A stretch of 64,000 nt of DNA from Nageia nagi (taxonomy: Eukaryota; Plantae; Pinophyta). Every line of letters starts with the position of its first letter. Within the stretch, counting starts at the first letter, position 1. Shown here piece after piece: positions 13,590 to 27,524 of this stretch. The DNA lies in the NCBI GenBank assembly GCA_050084985.1, contig JBITNC010000001.1:100998001-101062000 (forward strand). The letters are read 5' to 3'. Both the position numbers and the translations under genes were made by a program. The notes below the pieces were generated by a model. That model did no database searches. It was given only the letters and a program-made list of their open reading frames with translations, and was not told where the DNA came from.

Positions 13590-14310
13590 CTATGATGATT
13601 GAGTTAGGGAAGAGTATTTCATTTCCATCACAATGTTGGTCATGGGTCCATTATTGCATTCATAAATACCTATAGTAAGAACCTCTTTAGATTCCCTAAT
13701 CATAGGGGGATGTTTTTCTTCTAGAGTCTTTAGAAACCAAACCTTTTGTGCAAGGAAAGAGCCCATAGCATGCCTAACCTGATTGCATGAGGAACAAAGG
13801 CAATTATTCATTTCAAACCAAATTTCTTGAACCCACTCCCCTAATTCATATTCAAGAGTTACAGTATTGAGTAGCAAAAATCAAATTCAACCATTATGTA
13901 GAATCTTGTTTTAATGAGTCTTGATCAAACTTTTATGACATTATTAGGAAAAATAAAATTCCTAAAGGAACTTGCAATGCCCTCAAAAACTTTTTGATGC
14001 CAAAATACAAAAGGAAAATTTGGGAAAGAGAACCAAATTAGAGCATTCATTAGCTTCTTAGCCTTAGAAGGATTGAATCCTAGTTGCCACTTATCCAAGA
14101 ATAATCCTCTCTTTCCATAAAACTAGGGCAAGATCAAAATATAGTCCTAATCTTTTGCATTATCAAAGATAAATATAATAAAATCATTTGGCATGGTGAT
14201 TACCACAATATTGCATTTGATTTTCTATTTGTACTTTACCCACTTGAGAACAAATTCAATATTTGGATGTGTATCATGTAATCTATAGACAAGAATGTAT
14301 CTATAATGTC
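13590..14310 (-). pseudogene. L1-type LINE ORF1 remnant (DUF4283 + zinc knuckle)
   Basis: Minus strand reads KWQLGFNP...IWFSFPNFPFVFWHQKVFEGIAS...CSSCNQVRH (degenerate CX2CX4H). Confidence 0.7.
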
Positions 14311-15461
14311 AACTTTTTAAACTAAGTGTTTTTATTTCATATCTTTCATAAAATTGTATAAAAAGATCTATATCTCTGAAATCTATATGTTTTATGCAAA
14401 GTTCACTATTTAAGTTATTATGAATTGAAATATCTTCTAAAATTATCATTTTTGTAATTACCATATTTTATCTTTGAAATCATAAATAAAAAATATTGTT
14501 GTTGTATTATCACTTCCAAATTTGCATTTCTACATTGATCATGTAGAAAACTACATTTCTACATTATCATTCCTACAATTATTGTTTTGAAATTATTATT
14601 TCTACAATTATAATTTTGAAATATCTTATAAATTATAATTTTTTATATTATCATTTTTGTAATTATCATTCTAAAATATTTTTATGATCCTACAACCAAA
14701 ATATTACACAACTTGTAAACTTTAAAATTTTATGTTGTTGGGGACTTAGATTATTGTTAATACTTTGGAAACTATAGTTACAAATATGTTGAGCCAAATG
14801 AACTCCTTCAAGCTTGAGTAAGCTTTTTCTAAAATTCAATGCATGCTCCTTCTCCTTCAAAAGGCCCAACAAACTCCCTAGAAGTGTCACACAGGTCTCC
14901 ATGTTCTACAATGCCTGAACGAATTGCCTCTAACTCTCAACATCAAATTTCACCTTTCAAAAATGATGTGCTCTCCTAGCACTCCAACATATGTCTTTAT
15001 AGTGTCTCAAAAATATTTAAAGTTTTCTTTTCACATTTGCATCTTACTTTCCCTTCATTTAAAATTAAACTCTTTGTTTCTCTTAATTTAATTTGCTTGT
15101 CAAATTAAACTAAATAAAAAAAAATTCCATATTTAATTTTTATTTCCTCCTTATTCCTTCTACTTAAAAATAAATTAAATCCACAAATATTTTTCTAGAT
15201 CCAAATTAAATTACATAATTAAAATATCTCAAACCTAAAATTTAATTCCTTCCATGGTGGAAATTCTATTCCAGGTGTCAAATCGATTAAGCCTATGGGT
15301 TATGGGCTTGCAAATCAACATTAATTAAATTTGTGCCTCATCTAAAATCAAATATCACACAAACAACCTAAAACACTATATATAATGCAAAATAACTCCA
15401 AATATTATCAATGCATGCTAAGATCCTCAAATGTCCCAACTCTTATGACTAAATTCTGTAA

Positions 15462-18325
15462 TATGATGAGCTATTTCTAGGCTCACTCCTTAAATGTTCC
15501 CTAGGAGAGGGACATTTAGCTTCTAGCTTCTAAACTAGTCAACACAAGCTCAAACATGCACCAAATATGCAATGACTTACTAGGAATGAAAGATACAAAG
15601 TAAACTTGTAGAAAATACCTTCAAATCCCAACATCTAGGTATGATGAGCAATTACAAAATAAATGCAAACAAATATCTCCAATATTCTAATAACTTGATC
15701 AGGAGGCAAAATGATACTTCAACAATGTAAAAATGCTCCATAAACTTAACATCCTAGTTGGAGAGATGAAATAAAAATTGAACAATGAAAATAGCAGTTC
15801 AAATACAACATTACAACCAAGAAGGATAAATAGCAATTCAACAATGAAACAATGCTTCCAAATCCAACATCCAAGCATATGGAGACAAATAGCAATATTT
15901 TAATAATAAAAATTAATTGTATTGATAAGCAATGATAAAGCATAACTACAATATTTTTTTCAAACTATAGAGTCTGTACTAGGACTATCTTCTATAGGGT
16001 TATTTTGGATAGCTCTAGGGCCTCACCAATCCTAGAAGCAGTGAGGTAAGACTAGGTCTCTTTTGTAACAACTATGATGGAATCAGTAGTGTTCCTCTCA
16101 AGATGGCTAGTGTAAGTTCGAAGGTAGCCTCCTCTCCCCTTGATACCTCAAATGTAGGTCACCCAAGAAGTGGCTAAGATAAAGTCTCAAATCAATCTAA
16201 GATAAAGGGATTATGATACAATTTAACATATCTCATTATGGTTACAATTTCTCCTTTTATAGGTGAGGGTGATCATCCTTTAGTCTTGCATTGAGATGAT
16301 CTAACAATGGAGAGATGTGATTCGTATGCTCATGTATGCAACATCCAAAATGAGGAATCTTAGGATAAGTGAAATTGCATCCAAGGGCCAAGAAATCCAA
16401 TGTCCATGATATGTAAACCCTGCTCAAGATTTTTATTTTGGATATCACACTTTATTTATTCTAGTGCTTGTAAAAATAAAAATGCACACCAAATAAAGCA
16501 CACAAAATTATGTACACACATAGTTACCTTGGTTCGACCAAGGTGGTATACATATATAAAATAACAATCCATTATTATAGACTCCATTTTACAATATCAC
16601 TTGTAGGATCCTTCTTGCTTCACTCTTTTATTTGTCGAAGTCGAATCACATGATCATTGTAGGCTCTCCATTGAATCCTTTTCTTGAAGATGACTCTATT
16701 TCCAACAAAAGTCCTTGAGCATAGTTCCATATCTTTTATCCTAGGATGACATATTTAGAACTACTCTTTGTATTTTTTTTTCATCATGAAGATTATGTCA
16801 TCCAATTCTTTCTCCATGGCAATAATAAAATCCATGTTCTTTTTCTTCTTCTATGCAAGCTTGAAATGCACCTTCAATATTACTCCCATGATTTTGTTAT
16901 TTTTCATGGAGTTTACAATAAAATGGAGTCTTCTACATTCTTTTCAAATGTACACTAACTCCCTCTCATGAGGAAAACCCACTAAAAGGAATTAACTTTT
17001 TCCATACTCCATGTTCCCTTTTATAACATTAAGGGATTACAAATTTGGAGTTTATGGTTACATGATGATAAGATAATATCTATCATTTTTCCTTCTTTAC
17101 AATATGTTCTCTCACCCTTAAAACAATAATCTCCCTCATTTGTATTCATGGAACATTGTTTTGGCCTCCTATGGTTATATTCTCCTATTTTTTTGAATTT
17201 TGCAAAACTATCAAAATTACTTCTAGTGCCATTTTGTCATGACCATAATTCCAAATGTCATGAAATTTCATCCAAGTGTTCTTGGATAATTGTAGCTTAA
17301 TTAGTACAAAGTTCATACTTTAACTCGTTGGTATCTCTCATCATCATCATCAAGTTGCCTCCAACATAGATTTGCACCTAGTAGTTGTTAAAATTGACTA
17401 TCATGAATGCATAATAAGAATTTACCATTTTGTGAGCATCATAACATTCAATTTTTTAATCCAAATGCCTTAAATTTTTAATCACATGTTCAACATAATA
17501 CAAGTTACCAATAATTTAAATTTAAAGCTATTAATCAACTCGAGATGCTCTTGGTGAGTCCATCAATAGAGCCTTTTATGCATATTTTGCATTTTTTATA
17601 TTTCAAATTCAAATTTTGAAAAGCCATAACTTACAAATCATAGCTCCATTTTATTTATCATTTGAAGCATTGGAATCATGGAAGAGAGCTCTTTAATATG
17701 GAAAAGAATAATCAATAAAATTATAAACTTAAAAAATCACCTTTGTATAAGACTCTAAAATCCATTTTGAATCAGTCCAAGAGGGGGTGATAATGGAGCA
17801 CCTCATGATTAGTGCCATCATTCCATGTGTCAAGGAAGGAAAACATGCAATATTGGGATGCTCCCATTCCCAAGTTTCATGCTCTAATGTCATCCACTTG
17901 CCATGATATTTCCAACACCTAGTTCAATGTGTCAGGTCCATCCTTGGAGCTCCAAATGATCTCATAGTCGATGAAATCACTTGGGGGTATTCTCTACCTC
18001 AAAGATGGGAGAACTAATGACTAGATACATATTTAATATCAATATTACAATCATAAGGATAAAAAGTGAGATTAATATTCCATTTACAATTATAATTACC
18101 TTGGTATCACAAATACAACATTTATTGGTATTTTGGTAAATAACTAAATAAAAATAAATAAATAAATAAATCATTTATTCCATAATTAGAGATTTATTAA
18201 GTATCTAATTAGAATTTACATAATTTTGGCCAATTATACAAAAATAGCCTAAAATACTCTTAAATTAATGTTCCCATTTATCAAAGGTGTAATGGAAAAA
18301 GCACCCAAAAAATGAGGATATTACA
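15462..18325 (-). repeat. F1 3' LTR, interrupted by solo LTR G
   Basis: Aligns with 21752-23254 on both sides of 16407-17774. Confidence 0.85.
16407..17774 (-). mobile_element. Solo LTR G (1368 bp)
   Basis: TGAT...ATCA termini with perfect TSD GTCCA (16402-16406/17775-17779). Empty site visible in the sister LTR near 22688. Homologous to 53942-54709. Confidence 0.9.
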
Positions 18326-20389
18326 AGTCAAGCAATTTGAAAAATCTAATATTGCTAACATATTTTCTTGGCTGGTCTAAGAATCTTCATTCTTTGATGC
18401 AACAACCAATCATTAACCATGCCTTAGCTAAATACCTTTGATGCACAAGTCAAGATTTTGTATAGCTACCATGTGTTTCCCATGCCATGATGGTGCTCTT
18501 TTCCTCCAGGTAACCTTGAAGTCAAGAGTAGGTGCAAGAGCAAAGAGTGTTACCCAAGTTGTAGTTGTATATTCCTTCATAATCTTCTTAGCACCATCCA
18601 TATGTGTTTCCATTCTACATGACACATGAGCACTCATGAAACCTACCCATTAGTGTTTACTAACACTTTCCTTTGTAGTAGTTTTAGCTTTGATTTTGTT
18701 GTAATGGACAATCCTTATCACCATAATTGTGAAGATACTTCCTTCAAATATTGATTCCTCTTTGTCAATTATTATTGTACACCACATTAGATGTTTTCGT
18801 TATTGAAATTCATACATGTTTCTTCTCGAAATGTTGTTGTGTCTCTGTTTGGTATAGGATTTATGCCAACATCCTTCCAATGAGTTGTCCAAAGCTTTTT
18901 CACCTTATCCATAAACAATATTCTATTATTTCCAAAGTCTGTGAATAGGTAAATTGGCTTGTCTTCTTTATCATCTTCTGTATTTGAAATATTGTTGTTA
19001 TTAATTTTAAAATTACCAACAAACCTTAGAAATCTATCCTCCTAAGTGTTCCATTATCCCTTATAATGCAAATGTTGCTTTCATGAGGGACATTATCTTC
19101 ATGAGTCTTCATATTGTTGTAATGGCCAACATATCTATCCTCTCTTTTATTTTGGTGGATATTTTCTTGAACCCTCTTTGGGCCCTTAAAAAGAACATGA
19201 AGGCATTCTAAGTATCCTTCACATTCATCATTGGAAGCATCATCTCCTTGACTAGGTGTATCTTCATTAGCATGAATCTCATCAATACAAATCTCATCAA
19301 CACTTTTCTTGAGTAGTCATTTGTTGCTATGCCATTCCAAAAATTGATGAAATAAAATTTATTTTTTGAATAATTTTGATCATGTTTTGTATTCCATTAA
19401 TAGCTCATCTTCTATCTCAATTGGCAATTTAAGTCTTCATTCTACATGGCAAACAAATCGATGAAGAGGTACTCCAACTCTTTTAATTCTCTCCAGATGG
19501 AATGTGCAATAGTCAGGAGTATAAGTGCACCCATGGTCATCATTCAGATTGAAATATGAATGGGTTGAGTTCAAATCCATCATTTTGGCATAAATTCTTT
19601 CAAATTTTCTAATTTAGCCCATAGTAGAATATATAATTCCAAAAATACACCTTATCACTCCTATTTTATCTTGCTTGTCAAAATAAATAAATTAAATTTC
19701 CTAAAACTTCTACAAATAATTTTATTTTTCTCTAATGATAAAAATAAAAATATTTTTTATATTTTTCCAAATATTTATCCTAAAAAATATATATATTTTT
19801 GTATCTTTTTTCTCCATATTTCTCCTATTCGAAAATAATATGAAAATACTCAAATTACTCAAACATGGAATTTTGGTCCTACCATGATGGAATGAGATAA
19901 GTAAATTTTGAGCCTATGGGTTATGGGTCCAAAGAACAAACTTTAAATTTGTAAGTGTCTCCTTAAAGCTCAACGTTCACACACACAAGCTAAATGATGC
20001 AAAGCAAATTCTAAATTTTGAAATTTGGCCAAGATACCTTAAGGGATGAATTTTTACAATCTCATAGTAGATGGAGCTTCTTACGCTCCCAACATCTCAC
20101 TTCTAACCTCAAATATTAATCACAGCAACAAAATAACTCCCAATGTATCCTCCTTAGACTTTCTTGGTGTAGATACCATCATGAAATTTAGTCAATAACA
20201 ACAAATTGACTCCCTTATTTCCAACATCCTCCTTCCAGTGACTTGTGGCTTCAAGTTTGCCAAAAAATAGTGGTTAATATGTCCAAAAAAACCCTACAAA
20301 TTTATCAAGACTCATCTTTCATGATGAAAATGGTTTAATACTTACAAGTAATGATACTCATGATGCAAATCAAATACCTAATTAACCTC

Positions 20390-21200
20390 AATAAGCCAAC
20401 ACCCCACTTTAGGGGTCTCAAAAATGTAGCAAAAGTTTTGAAAAACCTCCAATAACTCAATGCCTAGTTTCTAATGAATTTGAAATGCAACAAAGAGTCT
20501 GAAAACTCTTCCAAAATCCCAATGTTAGGCCTTGAATGCCCTTAAAAGCTAAACTAACTTCAAAATAAATCTCAATTTTCTATTCTTGCCTCAAAATAGT
20601 CTCAAAATATAGCTAAAGCTTAGGAATCCTCCTCAATATGTCAATATCCACTTCAAGATAGCTCCAAAATGCAAATTGATCTTTGAGAATGCCATCAAAT
20701 TTCTAACATTTGGCTTAGGGGACCCTCAAAATGCAAATATATCCTTTGAAACAACTTTAGTATGCTAATGTTTGGTCTCAAATAGTCTTAAAAAGTAGAA
20801 TGAGCCTTCAAATTCCTCCAATGTACCAATGTCTAGCTTCATGTGGACTCTAAATGCAACTTGAACCTTTGAAAAACACTTAAAACTCTAATGAATGCCT
20901 CCCAAAGAGCTTAAAATGTAGAAACAAGCTTAAAATTACAAGTCATTCATGTTACATCCAACCTCTAATGACCTAGAAATACGATGTCTAGCTTCAAATA
21001 TTCCCAAAATGCAACTTTAGACACAAAAACCATCTCAAAATATTAGCATCTAACTTATGACGATCCCAAAATGTAGCTTTAGGCACTAAAATACCGTTAT
21101 AATACCAACATCCTCCTTAAAGGACCCTTAAAATGTTGAATGAGATAGAAAATAACTCCTAAAACACTAATGTCTAACTCTAGATGGGTTCAAACTCTCC
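20390..21200. repeat. Degenerate ~61-62-bp tandem array in the F1 leader
   Basis: C(C/T)AA(C/T)(A/G)T core at ~20397, 20458, 20519, 20641, 20703, 20765, 20826, 20888, 21106, 21167. Confidence 0.7.
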
Positions 21201-21751
21201 AAACAATCATTATTCCTCCCTCGAACTCAAAAGTAAATCGAGATGAACTTCAACTTGAAAAAAAAATCAAATTTTTGAAAGTGTACCTTTTCAAGCTGAC
21301 CAGACCTCCTCAAAGCTTTATAATTTGAAATCAATTCCAAGAGATGTCCAATGACTTTCTAGAAGGATTATATGGGCTTCAAGATCCCTAATGACCTGCT
21401 CCAAGCATCCATATCCTCCAAAATTCCTTTGAAATGATCACTGTAATGCTAGGTCAAATCCTCTCTTTAGTAGGATAGCAAGAACTCTCTATAAATAGCA
21501 CTATGATCTAGAAGAATATCACAATAAGTCTTTTACAAATCCTCCAACAATATCCTTCAACAAAAACTTCTTAATTGTTACCTAGTAGCAAAGGAGAGAT
21601 CTCTAACTTTACTTAGTAATTATCCCATGTGTGATACCATTGTGATGTGGGTATCCCAATCTTTAATATTTCTTTAGCTCTAATTCGAAACCCTCCATGA
21701 ATGATATCCTTGATTCCCAATAGTATGGAAAAATCATGGCTCTAATACCAT

Positions 21752-23254
21752 TATGATGAATCATTTTTGAGATCACTCCTCAAACATGCCCTAGGAGAGA
21801 TATTTTTTTTCTAGAATTTAAACTAATACAAATAAGCTTAAACATGCACCAAATATCCAATAACTTACTAGGAATGAAAGATACAAAGTAAACTTGCAGA
21901 AAATACCTTCAAACCCCAACACTTAGCTATGATGAGCCATTACAAAATAAATGCAAGTAAATATCTCCAATATTCCAATGACTTGATTAGGAGGTAAACT
22001 GATACTTCAATAATGAAAAAATGCTCCGAAAACCTAACCTTACAGTTGGAGAGCTGAAATAAGAATTAAACAATAAAAAATGCATTCCAAATCTAATGTT
22101 GCAAATGGGAAGGATAAATAGCAATTTGATTATGAAATAATGTTTTCAAATCCAACATCCAAGCATAAGGAGACAAATAGCAATATTTCGATAATAAAAA
22201 GTAATTGTATTGTTATGTAATGATAAAGCATAATTATGATATTTTTCTAACCTACAAAATTTGTACCGAGATTATCTCCTATAGGGTTATTTCAAATGGC
22301 TCTAGGGCTTTACCAATCCCATAAGCAGTGAGGTAAGACCAAGTCTCCATTGTAGCAACTATGATAGAACTATCAATGTTCCTCTCAAGATAGCTAGAGT
22401 AAGTTTGAAGGTAGCCTCCTCTCCCCTCGATACCTCAAATGTATGTCACCCCATAAGTGGCTAAGATAGAGTCTCCACTCAATCTAAAATATATGATTTA
22501 TAATCAAATTCAGCATATCTCATGATGGTTACAAGTTCTCCTTTTATATGTGAGGTTTATCATCCTTTAATCTTGCATTGATATGATCTGATGATGGAGA
22601 GATGTGATTTATGTGCTCATGTATGCAACATCCAAGATGGAGAGCCTTAGGATAAGTGAAATCATATCTAAGGGCTAGGAAAGCCAATGTCTAAGAGGGG
22701 GTGATAACGGAGCACCTTGTTATCAATACCATTGGTCCATATGCCTAGAAAGGCCAATATGGGGTATTGGGATGCTCCAATGCCCAACATCCATGCTCTA
22801 GGGCCATCTACTTGCCTCAATATTATCAACACCTAGTTCAAAGTGTTAGGTCCATCCTTGGAGCTCTAAATGACCTCGTAGTTGGTGCAATCATTTAGGG
22901 GGATGCTCTACCTCTAAGATGGGAGAACTAATGATTGGAGATATATTTAATTCCAATATTAAATCATCAAGGCTAAAATATGCAAGACCTTGTTTAATAA
23001 AACTAATATTGCATTTATAATTATATTTGCCTTGGTATCACAAATACAACATTTATTGGTATTTTGGTAAATAACTAAATATAAATAAGTAAAAGGATTA
23101 TTTATTCTATAATTAGAGTTTTATTAATTCTCTAAGTGGAATTTACATCATTTTTACCAAATTATACAAAAAATAGCCTAAAACACTCCTAAATTAATGT
23201 TCCCATTTATCAGAGGTGAAATGGGGAAAATACCTAAATAATGGGGATATTACA
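21752..23254 (-). repeat. F1 5' LTR
   Basis: TATGATG(TGTGATG)...ATTACA, adjacent to the PBS. Confidence 0.85.
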
Positions 23255-24123
23255 TGCATATCCATTGTAAATTAAACCTCCTCAAGGCTCAATGTTTTCT
23301 CTTAAGCCTTCATTATACCATTGGCAAGGCAAAAATATAGATAATTTCAAATTTTGACTTCCCTAAAAGCCAAACATTCACCTCCAAAATGAAGAATGAT
23401 TTCTCTAGAATGTAGACAAACCCTTAAATGGTCTGAAAAATGCCAAATATCCTTTAGATATTTCAAAAGTATCAAATAGTCTTCAAAATACCATCATTGG
23501 CCTCAAAATGGCCAAATGAACTCGAATCTAGGCCTCCTTAGCCCAAACGAACTACCTTTTTATCCTCAAACTCATATCTTGGCTCTTTAAAGCAATAATG
23601 AACCTCAAACTTGATGGGAAATAAACTAAATTTTGAAAATTAACACTCACTAAGCTAGATGATCCTCCTTGAAGCCTTTAAAATAAAAAATGTAATCAAG
23701 TCAGGTCCAACAAACTACTAGAAGGTGAGATCTATTCTTCTATACCTCTAATGCAGGCCTTCTAGTGATAAGATCCAATAGAAATGGTACTAAAACCTCA
23801 ACATCAACCCTCTAGTATCCAAATGAACCAAATCCAAGCTTCAAAATTATCTCTTCACCTCTAGATCTCATCTTAGATATCCTCAATTCTTTGATACCAC
23901 TATGATCTCAAGTCAATACCATTGTGATGTCTCACTCCTCTTTATATCTTCCATCAGGATGACAAGATCTCATCAACAACTTCTCTCTTGTAGGATGGAG
24001 AGATAACCCTCAGTCTTCTTCATAATAAACTCTAATAATCCTCTTTGAATTCTCCCTCCAGCAACTAAAAATTCCTCCAATATTTAAGCCGACAAGATAG
24101 CAAGATCTTGGCTCTAATACCAT

Positions 24124-25546
24124 TGTGATGAGCCTAACTTGGGGTCACTAAGATTTCTCCTAAATCCCTCAAGTCTATAACAACCAAAACTACCAAACAT
24201 GCCCTAAGAGAGGGATGTTGGCCTTCACAACTTTGGATCTCACCAATCAAGCTCTAATAATGAAAGTAAATCCAACATCTATATAAATATTGGTAATTAA
24301 CCATGAAATAACCAACAAATATCTAATGCAATAGTGATGGAAGCCAAATAGTATTGAAAGGACTAAATATGTACTAAGTATCCAATGTCCAAGCAAGGAG
24401 GGCAATTATCCAATAACACACTCACAATTATGCCATATATCCAACATCTAGATAATATGAGACAATAACAGGTATATAGAAAATAATGTAATTATTTTTG
24501 AATGTAGAAATAATAGTGAATCTTAATTACAATATTGATGCTAAAGATTGATGCTCCAAGGCTTGGTATCTGTAGTGTGGTGAAGCATTCACTAGGGCTT
24601 CCTTTGTTAGCAATTATGGTGGGATCTCATATACCCACTACTAGTATTATGATAATCTAGGGTAATGTGAATATCCCTAGATAACTAGCTGACAAGTTGG
24701 GTTGCACCAACCCCAAGTATGTGCCCACTTAAGTCTTGTATTGCATCCCACTATATGTACCTCACTCCAAAGAAGTGGAATTTTGGAAGAGACAAGATCT
24801 AACCAAGAAGAGAATACGTAACTATAATTGCATGTCTTTGGTCTTCTAGTAGTCCTCCTTATATAGATGAGGTAGCTTATCTTCTAATCATGTGTTGGGG
24901 TTAATCCAAGGGTGATCCATATGCTCTTGAGAAATGGGGAGTCTTAGGATGAGAGTTAACACATATAAGGACTCCTAATTGCAATATCTTTCAAAAGGGG
25001 ATTCCCAAGCACCTTGGGATACATGAAATCATCATTTATGCCTCCTAGTATGATGTTGGATCTTAGTCTCCTCCTTAGTGCTTCAAGATGACAAACAATG
25101 GTCTAATCCTATAAGAATGCCATGTACAAGCTAAGATGCCTTCTTTTTTCCTCGTGATGGGTGAAATCACCTAGGTTTGTGCTCTACCTCAAAAGGGGAG
25201 TAATTATGATAAGAGAGGCCCATTAATGCCAATATTACACTCATCAAGGTTGAATATATGTAACATTCCAGTAATGATGACTAATATTGCATTTACAATA
25301 TACATTTTCCTTGGTATTTTAATTACACAATTATTGGCATAAAAAATATAAAATAATTCCTAAAATGCTAAAATAGGCCCCAACATCCCATAATTGGAGT
25401 AATTAATTATTCTCCAAGTGGAATTCAACAATAATTGGGGATCAAATCTAATAAATTGCCAAAATTAATTAAAAATACTCCTAATCCAATATTCCCATTT
25501 ATCAAAGGTGAAATGGGAAAAAGGCCATAAAAATGGAGACATTACA
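24124..25546 (-). repeat. F2 5' LTR (related family)
   Basis: TGTGATG...ATTACA, adjacent PBS. More diverged from the F1 LTRs than they are from each other. Confidence 0.85.
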
Positions 25547-26169
25547 TCAAAGAAACCTAAATAAAAAAGAGTAATCAATACCAATCGCTTCACTTGAAAA
25601 GAACACATTCATCCAAGCTTGCATCATCCTTTTCAATCTTTAACATAAAAATAGGTATCCGATCATATATCAATAGGTGTGATTATTTCATGTTTCAAAA
25701 TTACCTTTTATTTTGTATGACATATAACAAGATCATCTAATGGGCAAAAATGCAAGGTATTACTAAAATTTTGTATCCTTTATCATTTTCAAATGTGGTC
25801 TTGTGTTCTCTCTCTTAACAACATCCCTAATAAGGGAAAATTGTACACACTAAAATTTGCATTTTAGCTTATTCAAAATGATTTTGTTTAAGGATTTTTT
25901 CCTACTTTGAATAAATCAAAGCACATTTAAATGAATTTATCTAATTTACCATTTTCTTTTATGCACATTGTTTTAAGTGAGTCTATCTAGACGAACTCAA
26001 AAGTAAATTTGTAAATTATTTTTACACATTTTAGTTCTTGAAAGATTCATATGCAATCATCATTATAATTCATCACAAGAAAATAATAATGCAAGATTAT
26101 CTTTCATAATCATAATAATATCATCAAAGTTGTTGAAAGAGCAAAGAACAAACCAAAAAGGGTGTTCAA

Positions 26170-26440
26170 GCTAGAATAATCAACATTCTAGCACTTGAAC
26201 ATTGAATGCCCAATGTTATGGCATCCAAACCCAAAATGCCTAACATTCTAGCATTGCAAGCTTGAACCCTAAACCCAAAATGCTCAACATTCTAGAATCT
26301 ACATTTAGAACACCCAATGTTAAGATAGTCAAACCCAAAATGCCTAACATTTTAGCACCTAAATCCATAATGTCCAAAGTTACGATATTTAAGCTCAAAA
26401 TGCCTAATGTTCTAGGACTACAAATCTACAACATGAAGAC
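26170..26440. repeat. Degenerate 30-bp tandem array (AAACCCAAAATGCCTAACATTCTAGCACCT)
   Basis: Units visible at ~26330, 26360, 26390. Produces the KPKMPNIL pseudo-ORF. Confidence 0.75.
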
Positions 26441-27524
26441 TTTGATCTAAAAGCTCGATAGCTCCTATGACTAAACAAAATTATTTTGAAGTATCTACAT
26501 ATCAATTCTAGTATCATTCCAAGAAAAATTATCTTAAATAATCTTCCAAACTATCATCTTATGATTATCTCCAAAAATCTCCTACTTGAATATAACTAAA
26601 ATTCTTCCCTCAAGAAAACAAGTTATCCACTAGCAAACTTTTAACCCCAACCAAATAAATGCACTCTTAATACATTACAAAATCCTAATTACTAAATCTC
26701 TATATTACATTCAAATATTAATTTACTTTCATTTGTAGATGTAATAAATACTATTTTAATACATTATTCCATTGTTAAGATCTCATTGATAGTCTATGGT
26801 CAACTGTAGATCACACTACAAAATAGCATACCTATTGACATGGCAAGCCCTAGGAACAACGAAACCTTTTAACTTACATCAATTAGTTCCAAATTGTAAT
26901 TTTGTAAATTTTGACACTTATGGGAACTATTTAATTTATTCAAATTTATACCTTTGCATGTTTTGAAAAAAAATAGCCCTTTGAAGACATGTGAAATGAT
27001 AAAACTAACATGGAGACCTTTTGTAATAGCCATTATTGCATTCTTGAAATCACAATTCCATTTTTTTATGTCAAGTTTTTGTATCCTACACATTGTTCAT
27101 GCGCATTAAATTTAGTAACTTCACTTTCATAATCTCAATAGATAGTGATTCTGAACAAGAAACAATGAGATCTTTTTTAAGCAGAAGCATTAAGCCTATG
27201 ACCATAAACTAGTTTGTTGTTGTTCATCTTGGTTGATAGTTTAGACTTAAAAAAAATTTCTTTCACAATTTGAGTGCTTTAGATACAAAAGGATGTTAAA
27301 AGTATCTAGTCTTATTTCTATATTGTTTGTAGCTTTAAGGATGTGATGTGCCTACACAACTCCCCCCCACCTAAATGTTAGCATTTTTGAGGACCCTCAT
27401 ATAACTAAAAAAGCATGACATGAAAATTTTCAAGTCAAATGCATGAGTGTCAAGCAAGAATGAGGATAAAAGTGGTAAAAATTGCATATTTTGATGAAAA
27501 CAAGTCCAAAACCCATTTTTCACC

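Larger units (their letters stand above)
15462..23254 (-). mobile_element. Non-autonomous LTR element F1 (LARD-like) nested in F2
   Basis: Two closely related ~1.5-kb LTRs (15462-18325 with an insert; 21752-23254). PBS (reverse complement of TGGTATTAGAGC) at 21739-21750. ~3.4 kb internal region with no RT or integrase. Flanks TGTAA/TGCAT. Confidence 0.75.
14690..25546 (-). mobile_element. Outer LTR element F2 (5' LTR, PBS and leader; truncated), host of F1
   Basis: LTR 24124-25546, PBS at 24111-24122. Leader 23255-24110 continues at 15461 leftwards and is homologous to the F1 leader (e.g. cctatgggttatggg at ~15292 and ~19913). Confidence 0.65.

Noticed and set aside
14310-14690. AT-rich AATTATCATT repeats as a satellite or MITE
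   Set aside because: No stable period, TIR or TSD could be established by eye.
27349-27375. Minus-strand PPT + LTR start (reverse complement AGGTGGGGGGGAGT-TGTGTAGG), which would make the A ORF a Retand-like antisense ORF
   Set aside because: Only ~15 bp remain before the TSD-defined boundary, no pol lies to the right, and the TSD plus the terminus shared with B explain the unit better. Not fully excluded.
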